DNA of 43,432 nucleotides from an uncultured Myxococcales bacterium. Lineage in GTDB: Bacteria; Myxococcota_A; Polyangia; Palsa-1104; JAEUJZ01. Where the stretch lies: contig CALLYL010000404.1 in assembly GCA_937859535.1 (NCBI GenBank), forward strand, positions 1 through 43,432. The letters run 5' to 3'. A model generated the notes under the pieces. That model was given only the letters and a program-made list of their open reading frames with translations. It was not told where the DNA came from and did no database searches. The position numbers and the translations under genes were made by a program. Within the stretch, counting starts at the first letter, position 1. Each line of letters starts with the position of its first letter. Positions 9,508 to 16,968 of this stretch are shown here, one piece after another.

Positions 9508-10689
9508 ATGCATGTTCTGCTTGCGATTGGAACGCGACCGGAAGCGATCAAAGTTGCGCCTCTTTACCATGCGCTCCGCAGCGATCCGTTCTTTCGGGTC
9601 ACCACTTGTATTACCTCCCAGCATCGGGAATTGCTCCAGCAGATGCTGTCATTTTTCGATGTCCGTCCAGACGTCGATTTGCAGGTAATGCAGCCTCGGC
9701 AAACGCTGGCTGACTTGACCTGCAATGTGCTGAACGGAGCCGATCGATTGCTCAGCGAGACCCGCCCCGATCTGGTGGTCGTTCAAGGCGATACCACCAC
9801 TGCATTCACGGTCGGTTTGGCAGCGCTATATCAGCGAATCAAGGTCGCACATGTCGAGGCAGGACTGCGCTCGTTCGATCTCCAGCAGCCCTTCCCAGAA
9901 GAGGCGAATCGACGGCTGGTAGATGTTTTTTCGGACTATCTGTTCGCACCAACAGAAGGTGCTGCGGACAACCTGCGCCGGGAAGGCTATCAGGATGTCT
10001 CTATCTTTGTGACAGGGAATACCGGCATTGATGCGCTGCTCATGGCGACCGAGATCGTGCGCCGCCAAGGACATCCGCTGCCGATCAACCTGCCCGCAGG
10101 CTCCAAGTTGGCACTCCTTACCGCGCATCGCCGCGAGTCGTTTGGCGATGGCTTGGTGAGAATCTGTCAAGCCGTCCTATCACTCCTTGAGCGGCACCCC
10201 AACCTGTACATCCTGTATCCGGTGCATCCCAACCCCAACGTACAGGAAGCCGCACACAAGTATCTGGCTGCACATCCGCGAATCTACTTGTGCGCTCCGC
10301 TGGAGTATCCCGGATTTGTATCGGCACTCGCTGCGGCGGATCTGATCTTGACCGACTCTGGGGGCGTGCAAGAGGAAGCGCCAGCGCTCGGCAAGCGCGT
10401 TCTGGTACTCCGCGAAACCACCGAGCGGCCCGAGGGCATTGAGGCCGGAGTGGCCGAACTGGTCGGAACAGATGTCGACCAGATTGTAGCCCGTGCCACC
10501 GCGCTTCTTTCTGGAAGCGATGCCCTTGGTCCCGTTGTAAGTCCCTATGGCGATGGTCGATCCTCCGCTCGAATCGTAGAGGTACTCAAAACCGGAGCAC
10601 TCCGCGATTCATTCCGGACCTCCGGTTCCTCGCCCCAAACAGCAATCCCGGCACCATCGAAGCAGAAGCGCGCCGGCAGTGGACGCTGA
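9508..10689 (+). CDS. wecB: UDP-N-acetylglucosamine 2-epimerase (non-hydrolysing)
   Basis: 'MHVLLAIGTRPEAIKVAPL', 'VAHVEAGLRS', 'DSGGVQEEAPALGKRVLVLRETTERPEG'. ATG 9508 preferred over TTG 9502. It lies 2 nt after the upstream TGA (9503-9505). Confidence 0.9.
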   Translation: MHVLLAIGTRPEAIKVAPLYHALRSDPFFRVTTCITSQHRELLQQMLSFFDVRPDVDLQVMQPRQTLADLTCNVLNGADRLLSETRPDLVVVQGDTTTAFTVGLAALYQRIKVAHVEAGLRSFDLQQPFPEEANRRLVDVFSDYLFAPTEGAADNLRREGYQDVSIFVTGNTGIDALLMATEIVRRQGHPLPINLPAGSKLALLTAHRRESFGDGLVRICQAVLSLLERHPNLYILYPVHPNPNVQEAAHKYLAAHPRIYLCAPLEYPGFVSALAAADLILTDSGGVQEEAPALGKRVLVLRETTERPEGIEAGVAELVGTDVDQIVARATALLSGSDALGPVVSPYGDGRSSARIVEVLKTGALRDSFRTSGSSPQTAIPAPSKQKRAGSGR

Positions 10690-10694
10690 TTCCC

Positions 10695-12347
10695 ATGGCG
10701 ACGACTCCTACAGGCTCTGCGGAACGCTTCGGACTGCTGCTTCTTGGATTCCTATTCTCTGTGGCAGTTTGTGGACAGATCCAGCTATTGTGCCACTTAC
10801 GCTTGGGAGTTGTGCCACCGATCTTCGCGGCCGTAGTGTCTCTGCTCATCGCAAGGAAGCTCAGCAAAACCCCGCTGCTCGATGTCGTGGGACTGCTGAC
10901 TGGTCTAGCAGCGCTCGGCCTTGTCTGTGGTCGTATCTACGATCTGTCTTGGGATGGACAAACCTATCATCAAGAGGCGGTGTTTCAGATTGCCCACGGC
11001 TGGAATCCGATCTGGGATGCACCACTGCCACTATGGCACGGAGACATTGCCTGGTGTAACTACTATCCAAAAGGAATCTGGGTGGCCCAGGCCGCTTTGT
11101 ATCGTTTGAGCGGCAACATCGAGAGCGCCAAACTGCTCGGCCCGGTCTTGCTGGTTGCGGCCTTCCTCCTATCGCTCTCGGCTTGTCAGTCCCTGTCTCT
11201 CAAGCGCGGAATGAGCGTGCTCATGGCAGGCTTGGCCGCAGCCAACCCGGTCGCACTCGCTCAGCTCACTACGTTCTATGTCGATGGTCTGCTTGCTTCT
11301 CTGCTCACGATCCTGACCGCTGTGGCAGTGCTGTATGTTCGCCGGCCCGCCCCTCGTTACTTGCTTGCAATGACTGCGGCCATGGCGCTTTTGTGCGTCA
11401 CCAAGTTTACGGGTGTGGTGTATGCGGTCTTTTATGCCGGCGGACTCCTGCTGTTCGCTCTGTACCGACGACGTTCGCAGCTCTCCGCGTTGCTTCTGAC
11501 CCAAGCGATGGGAATGCTAGCGGGTGTGGTGCTGCTCGGATTTCAACCGTATCTCACCAACCTTTTTGCCCATCTTCACCCCTTTCATCCACTCGCCGGG
11601 TCTCACAAAGTCGACTTCCTTCCTTCGCAACTGGGTCCAAAGTTTGGGGCACAGCCACGAGTGTTGGCGCTCACTGAATCGATCTTTTCGGTATCGACCA
11701 ATGATCGGGAGTGGCCCAGATGGAAAATTCCCTTTTCGGTCACCCAGAAAGAGCTGGGCGAGTTTGCGATTCCTGACATCCGGATTGGCGGCTTTGGGCC
11801 CTGGTTTGGTGGCATCGCGCTCCTCACCACCATCAGCCTGGTGGTTCTGTTCATCCAGCAGCGGCGCACTCCAAAACTGCCCTCTTCTCGACGACAGAAA
11901 CCTACCCCAGGCCGTGAGTCCTTGGCCGCTGGGATATTCCTCATGCTGGTGATCTTGGCTTCCTGTCTGGTCAACCCCGGGGTCTGGTGGGCGCGCTACG
12001 TACCGCAGATGTGGCTGATTCCGGTAGTCATGGTCGGTCTGCTCCGCCTGCACGATAGTCGCTGGGTGTGGCCGCTTTCTACCGCGCTGATCCTCAACGT
12101 CGCGCTGGTCCAATGTGGTTCCATCCATGGACAGCTTGAGTTACAGCGCAGCACTCGCGCTGAACTTGAGATGCTCCGTTTCCAGAAGGTCGATGTGAAG
12201 TGGAACACCTTTGCGGGTGCCCGCTTCCGCTTGCAACGGAGTGGCGTTGATTTCCGAGAGGCCACCCTTACCTGTTCCCAACCGATCACACTCATCCGCA
12301 CCAATGTTGAGCTCTGCCCACGTCAAGTTGCGTCAGGCCGGCCATGA
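10695..12347 (+). CDS. Polytopic inner-membrane protein (about 11-13 TM segments); possible GT-C-fold glycosyltransferase or glycan polymerase
   Basis: Successive hydrophobic helices throughout. First predicted loop carries an acidic 'YDLSWDGQTYHQE' motif. The stop overlaps the next gene's start (ATGA at 12344-12347). Function inferred from context only. Confidence 0.6.
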   Translation: MATTPTGSAERFGLLLLGFLFSVAVCGQIQLLCHLRLGVVPPIFAAVVSLLIARKLSKTPLLDVVGLLTGLAALGLVCGRIYDLSWDGQTYHQEAVFQIAHGWNPIWDAPLPLWHGDIAWCNYYPKGIWVAQAALYRLSGNIESAKLLGPVLLVAAFLLSLSACQSLSLKRGMSVLMAGLAAANPVALAQLTTFYVDGLLASLLTILTAVAVLYVRRPAPRYLLAMTAAMALLCVTKFTGVVYAVFYAGGLLLFALYRRRSQLSALLLTQAMGMLAGVVLLGFQPYLTNLFAHLHPFHPLAGSHKVDFLPSQLGPKFGAQPRVLALTESIFSVSTNDREWPRWKIPFSVTQKELGEFAIPDIRIGGFGPWFGGIALLTTISLVVLFIQQRRTPKLPSSRRQKPTPGRESLAAGIFLMLVILASCLVNPGVWWARYVPQMWLIPVVMVGLLRLHDSRWVWPLSTALILNVALVQCGSIHGQLELQRSTRAELEMLRFQKVDVKWNTFAGARFRLQRSGVDFREATLTCSQPITLIRTNVELCPRQVASGRP

Positions 12348-14353
12348 CGGTGCGAACCAGAATCGAGCGTATGGCCAGTGAGTGCCTGCGCCGGGCTCGG
12401 ATCCAGTGGTTGGCGGCACGCTTTCGTGGGTTCCGTCGTCTTCGACAGCAGCGCTTCGGAACCGATTTAACAGGCCTCTGTTGTCCTGTGACTCCGTCGC
12501 TGGTATCGATTGTCCTACCGGTCTACAATGGAGCCAGTCTCATCGCCTCTGCGATCGAATCGATCCTGGCGCAGGACTATCCGCAGTGGGAACTCATTCT
12601 CATCAATGATGGTTCCCAGGACAACACAGCTCGCATCATCGATGAGTACGCAGCGCGTGATGAACGCATTCGCGTCGTTCACCAAGAAAATCGTAAGATT
12701 CCGAAGACCCTGTCGCGTGGGTTTCGAATGGCACGCGGTCAGTATCTCACCTGGACCTCTGCGGACAATCGACTGCTGCCTTCGTTTCTACGACTCCTTG
12801 TATCCAGCTTAGAGCGACATCCCGACTGGGATCTGGTGTACGCCAACCAGGACATCATCGATGAAGACGGTACGCCGCTGCGGGGCAGCAGCTACTTTGC
12901 TGATCTCCAAACACCACCGGGTAGCGAACACCTGCATCTTCCGAGTCGGACAGACATCCTGCATGCAGGAGAGAATTTTGTCGGCGCGGCGTTCATGTAT
13001 CGCAGCCGCGTCGCACATCTACTTGGAGACTACAGCAATCAGCGTTTCACCGTTGAAGACTATGACTATTGGCTGCGCTGTAATAGCCTCCTCAATGTCC
13101 ATCATGTCGACTTCTCAGAGCCGGTCTACGAGTACCGATTTCATAGCGGCTCACTGACGGCACACGCCAAGGAACTGCGCATTGCCGAGTCACGAGAACA
13201 ACTCCTGGTTTTTGACGGATTCCGTCAGGAGTTTTGTCTCAAGCCTCTGCTGTGGATCTGCGAAGGGACAGTAACCACTGTGGGCTCACCGCTTGTGCGG
13301 GCTCTTCAAGAACAGATTGCGTCCCTGGGACACACCCGCATTACAAGGGAACAGCTCTCTTCACTCACCCTGCCCCGCTACTTTTTGCCAGCCGTCTATG
13401 TACAGCTCGGAAGTCACATAGAGAGTCTCAAGCCACCGCCCGCCGATCTGCCACCTTTTGTGCTGACGGTGTTGCTGCTAAGCGATTCTGCGGTGCCTGA
13501 CTCAGTACATCCTCGCTGGGATCTGGTCACGGCCATCGGCCCTGGTGCAACTCCCAGATTCACGGCAGAATCCTATCAAGGACTCCTTCGCACAGATGGT
13601 CTGAGCACGCTCGTGCGCGCAATCGACTGTCGATGTCGGGCGGAGGCGCTCCGGCAACTGGAGCAACTCAGCGCAGCACCAACACAGCCGCAGCGTCTGT
13701 CCATCATCCTAGATGCCGACGGCCCAGCGTCGCAGCTTCGCGCCATTGTCCATTCCCTGCTGCTACAAGATCTGAATGGACACGAATCCGCGCAGCTTGA
13801 GGTCCTCTTTGTGCGGCGAGATCCCAAGCGGTGTCGAGCCGAAGAAGCGATGACCGCATTCAGGACGCTCGAACAAAGCAATAGACCGCCCATACTGCGG
13901 ATGCTGGATTGTCCCGCGACGAATGAGCTGGCGAGCTGGAATCTCAATGCCGCCATTGCAGAGACAAGTGGCGAGGTCATCTATGCTTTGACTGAGCCAC
14001 TTGGGAATCCTCACTGCTTGACCGATCTCTTCGCGTTGTTTGCGCAGCATCCCAAGCTTGCGCTGGTCCGAAAGCCGAATTCAACCAGGATGCCTGTGTC
14101 ACGATCGCGTTCTTTTGCCGCACGCCGCAACCCGCTACTACTTGCCGGGGGAATCCAGAACGGACGACGCTCGTTGGTTCCCAGCTCAGCAGCAGAGCAA
14201 CTAATCACCAGTCAACTTCAGCGCCTCGGCTTTGAAGTCGCAGAGTGTGAAACCCTGTTTCGCGCTCGCAGTGTAGCGACCGCACTCCGCGTTCTGCCGA
14301 CCAAGTTGCGCGCTGTCCGTGAAGTGATTGCCCAGAGCTTACAAGCTCGCTAG
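12344..14353 (+). CDS. Glycosyltransferase family 2 with a long C-terminal extension containing a second, degenerate GT2-like half
   Basis: 'VSIVLPVYNGASLIASAIESILAQDYPQWELILINDGSQDNT', 'LTWTSADN', 'EDYDYWLR', paralogous to the GT2 module of the 4964 gene. The C-terminal half begins 'LSIILDADGPASQLRAIVHSLLLQD'. Confidence 0.85.
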   Translation: MTVRTRIERMASECLRRARIQWLAARFRGFRRLRQQRFGTDLTGLCCPVTPSLVSIVLPVYNGASLIASAIESILAQDYPQWELILINDGSQDNTARIIDEYAARDERIRVVHQENRKIPKTLSRGFRMARGQYLTWTSADNRLLPSFLRLLVSSLERHPDWDLVYANQDIIDEDGTPLRGSSYFADLQTPPGSEHLHLPSRTDILHAGENFVGAAFMYRSRVAHLLGDYSNQRFTVEDYDYWLRCNSLLNVHHVDFSEPVYEYRFHSGSLTAHAKELRIAESREQLLVFDGFRQEFCLKPLLWICEGTVTTVGSPLVRALQEQIASLGHTRITREQLSSLTLPRYFLPAVYVQLGSHIESLKPPPADLPPFVLTVLLLSDSAVPDSVHPRWDLVTAIGPGATPRFTAESYQGLLRTDGLSTLVRAIDCRCRAEALRQLEQLSAAPTQPQRLSIILDADGPASQLRAIVHSLLLQDLNGHESAQLEVLFVRRDPKRCRAEEAMTAFRTLEQSNRPPILRMLDCPATNELASWNLNAAIAETSGEVIYALTEPLGNPHCLTDLFALFAQHPKLALVRKPNSTRMPVSRSRSFAARRNPLLLAGGIQNGRRSLVPSSAAEQLITSQLQRLGFEVAECETLFRARSVATALRVLPTKLRAVREVIAQSLQAR

Positions 14354-14365
14354 AAACGCCTCCGT

Positions 14366-15340
14366 TTAGGAACCGCCAATGCAAAATGGCTCCAGGGCCT
14401 GCATCCCACCGACGGGAAGCTTGCCTCCAGCGTTTGGCACACAGGCCAGCAGTCCCTTGTCACAGATGTATAGTCCAGCATTGCGTCCGGCCCCCGACTT
14501 CGCACAGTCCAGATCGGTCTGACAGCTCTGCAAGTAGTATCCTTTGACATCCATGGGCGTCAGTCCGTACTTGGGAACGCCGTAATAGGAGGCCTTACTC
14601 GGACGACAGACCGTGCTGGCAGAGTCCGCCACCGCGCAGTAACCAGTCGGCCACGGCACGTCGGTCTCACGCAGACAGACTCCGTTTGTTCCGCAACCGC
14701 CGTCTACCTTGCAGCTTGTTCCTAACTTGACCCCACAATTTGTCGGATCATTTCCCGGCGTCACTTGAACGTCACAGCGCTGCGGTAGCGCGATCGGATA
14801 GATGCCCGCAGGGAGCACTCCGCCGGTTGGAGTAGCCCACGCGGGCAGCTCTGCCGGGACATACAGAAAGACTCGATTGGGAAGGACTCCCATGAACGCA
14901 TCGCCCGAGGAATAGCGACCATCCTGGTCATTGTCCAGATAGGCCAGGATTCGCCCCGCCGCGAAGCCACGGCTCAATCCGGATGGGGTCCGCGCAATAT
15001 GCTCCGCCCCCGGATATTCATACATGTTGAGCAAGAAGGGCGTGGATGCCAGTCCAACCAGGCCGCTACTCAACTGCTCCACATATTGAGTGGGATCGGT
15101 GCCGGTGTCTCCCTGCGGGTTCCAAAACATCGCGATCCGTAGTTCGGTTGAGCTGGTCAGCTTGGGGTCGCTGATCTCCAGCCCACCGGAAAACTGCCAC
15201 AGCGACTTTCCGCGAAACTGCTGATCGACCAGTGGCTCACCACAGGCACTGAGCGCAAGCAACAGACCCAGCGCCAGCCCGCTTTTCGCGACTCCCATCC
15301 CTACACTGTGTACCATTGGTAGGTTTGTTAGAAACGCCAT
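14366..15340 (-). CDS. Lipoprotein with a DxDxDG-type loop and a Cys-rich C-terminal domain
   Basis: Start set at ATG 15340 (GGAGGGGGAAT-ATG Shine-Dalgarno), 13 nt inside the upstream gene's end. Lipobox 'LLLALSAC'. 'DNDQDGRYSSGD' loop. About 14 Cys in the last 130 aa. Confidence 0.7.
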   Translation of the reverse strand: MAFLTNLPMVHSVGMGVAKSGLALGLLLALSACGEPLVDQQFRGKSLWQFSGGLEISDPKLTSSTELRIAMFWNPQGDTGTDPTQYVEQLSSGLVGLASTPFLLNMYEYPGAEHIARTPSGLSRGFAAGRILAYLDNDQDGRYSSGDAFMGVLPNRVFLYVPAELPAWATPTGGVLPAGIYPIALPQRCDVQVTPGNDPTNCGVKLGTSCKVDGGCGTNGVCLRETDVPWPTGYCAVADSASTVCRPSKASYYGVPKYGLTPMDVKGYYLQSCQTDLDCAKSGAGRNAGLYICDKGLLACVPNAGGKLPVGGMQALEPFCIGGS

Positions 15341-16968
15341 ATTCCCCCTCCAGCCAGCCACCACGTGAACACCGAGCGAGTCTGCGCAGTTTGCTCCGCA
15401 CCGTTCATGAGCACCGCCTGATTCAACAGACTCGCGCTCGGCCCGCCTTCCAAGCGCATGCCGACTCCACGAAACATTTGTCGCTCCAACGCAAACAGCG
15501 CCGAAAATCCGATGCCGAAGGAATTGCGCGACTGCACCTGGCGGAGTGTCGGAGCAAAGCGCTGGGCATACCAAGTTCCTTCGATCGTCACTCCGAATGC
15601 CAAGCTAAACCACGGCAAGTCGACATAGCGTTGCAGAACGGCCGCCAGACCGAGTTCATACTGTCGCGAAGCAAGACCGCCATCGATAGACATCAGCGAT
15701 GCAGTGCTTCCTCGCAATCTCGCCCCTACGGTCAACCAGGGCAGGTCCGCAGCGTACCCAAGCAGCACATTGGGGGTCGGTCCTTGACCCGCCAGGATCT
15801 CTCCCCGTCCACCAAACAGCAGGTTCAGACCATGTACGGAAGTACGCGTTCCTCCCCGCTTGCGTACCAGTTGATCGTAACGAACGGAGCGATACGGCAA
15901 TGATGCCAGATCGACCTCTTGGCCCGGCACAAGCTCGATTTGATACTCTCTGAATTCGTAACTCCCTCGTCGCTGAATGAAGTATTTTCCACGCGGTAGC
16001 GCGATCACTCCCTGGTTGCGTGTGGTGGTTAGTTCCGCAACCACGGCACCACTTTCGCGCTCCTCCGTAACCAGATACATGCTGGCATCGGCCAGTCGCA
16101 AGCGACCCAGATTGTGTTCGGCACCAGTCAGCGTAGTCAGGACCAGATCACCACTTCCTTTGACATCGTACGCATAGGTTGGGTGTTGGAGCTGAAGCGT
16201 CTGTCCGCTCGATCGCAGAGTCTGCGCATAGCTATAGGCATATGCTTCCGAGAGGGTCACCCTTCCATCGCCGTTGCGATCTGCCGCGCCCCGCAGCGCG
16301 TTGACCAGGTGATGCGAAAAGAACGAAGCGCGCAGCCGATCGGACTCCTGACTGGACTCCCCCGCCGTGCTGGAAGAGATCATCGCGGTGCCTTCTGCTT
16401 CGACCCGATCCTCCAGCTTGATCGCAAACTCAGGGACACTGCGAACCCCTTTTACGCGAGTCACAGCCCCTGAACGACAGGCATCAACCACCAGCAGTCT
16501 CATCGTTGCGGGCGAGCCAGATACCAGTCCTCGTAGCTCTTCAATGGGAAGCCTGGTGCCGCGCAGGTGAAGTGATTCCGCATCCGCGTGACCCGAGTAG
16601 AACACCAGCAGCGCAGTGGTTTTGCCATCCGCAGACCTGGCCCGTAGTCCAGCGTTTACATTGACCAGCGCACGACGAACGGTCTCGGCACTCTCATCGA
16701 TGAGAATCCGAACTCGGTCGGATGCAATGTTGCCTTGGGTGCGCAGAACTTCGGCGAATTCTCTGGCATCGCGCTCCCCGTATAGCAACTGTATCTCGTC
16801 GGCATCCCCCCGGTTATTGCCCACCACAATCAGCCAGCTTTCATCAGGGAGTGCATGGACCCGCATTCCCCAAAGCAGGATTATCAGACCTGCGAGCAGA
16901 GAAAGCGAATGACGCATGTTGCGACTGATTCTGTGGCCGATTTTCTTATGTAGCAGAGCACGCTTCAT
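15328..16968 (-). CDS. Secreted caspase-family (peptidase C14) protein with a C-terminal outer-membrane beta-barrel-like domain
   Basis: Signal peptide 'LSLLAGLIILLWGMRVHA'. Catalytic dyad contexts 'LLVFYSGHA' (His) and 'LLVVDACRSGA' (Cys). Canonical EF-hand loop 'DRNGDGRVTLSE'. The last ~190 aa show an alternating amphipathic strand pattern ending 'GGGIWRF' (terminal Phe). The start ATG overlaps the upstream stop (ATGA at 16965-16968). Confidence 0.8.
   Translation of the reverse strand: MKRALLHKKIGHRISRNMRHSLSLLAGLIILLWGMRVHALPDESWLIVVGNNRGDADEIQLLYGERDAREFAEVLRTQGNIASDRVRILIDESAETVRRALVNVNAGLRARSADGKTTALLVFYSGHADAESLHLRGTRLPIEELRGLVSGSPATMRLLVVDACRSGAVTRVKGVRSVPEFAIKLEDRVEAEGTAMISSSTAGESSQESDRLRASFFSHHLVNALRGAADRNGDGRVTLSEAYAYSYAQTLRSSGQTLQLQHPTYAYDVKGSGDLVLTTLTGAEHNLGRLRLADASMYLVTEERESGAVVAELTTTRNQGVIALPRGKYFIQRRGSYEFREYQIELVPGQEVDLASLPYRSVRYDQLVRKRGGTRTSVHGLNLLFGGRGEILAGQGPTPNVLLGYAADLPWLTVGARLRGSTASLMSIDGGLASRQYELGLAAVLQRYVDLPWFSLAFGVTIEGTWYAQRFAPTLRQVQSRNSFGIGFSALFALERQMFRGVGMRLEGGPSASLLNQAVLMNGAEQTAQTRSVFTWWLAGGGIWRF

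Noticed and set aside
14354-14367. Small hairpin AAACG-CCTC-CGTTT between the convergent GT2 and lipoprotein genes, as a bidirectional terminator
   Set aside because: The stem is only 5 bp and AT-rich, overlaps a stop codon, and has no U-tract. It is too weak to call.
14366-15340. Possibility that the gene next to the caspase homologue is a bacterial gasdermin (defence/pyroptosis-type pair)
   Set aside because: The product has a lipoprotein signal and a Cys-rich extracytoplasmic domain. Both proteases are also exported. This does not fit the cytoplasmic gasdermin/protease logic.
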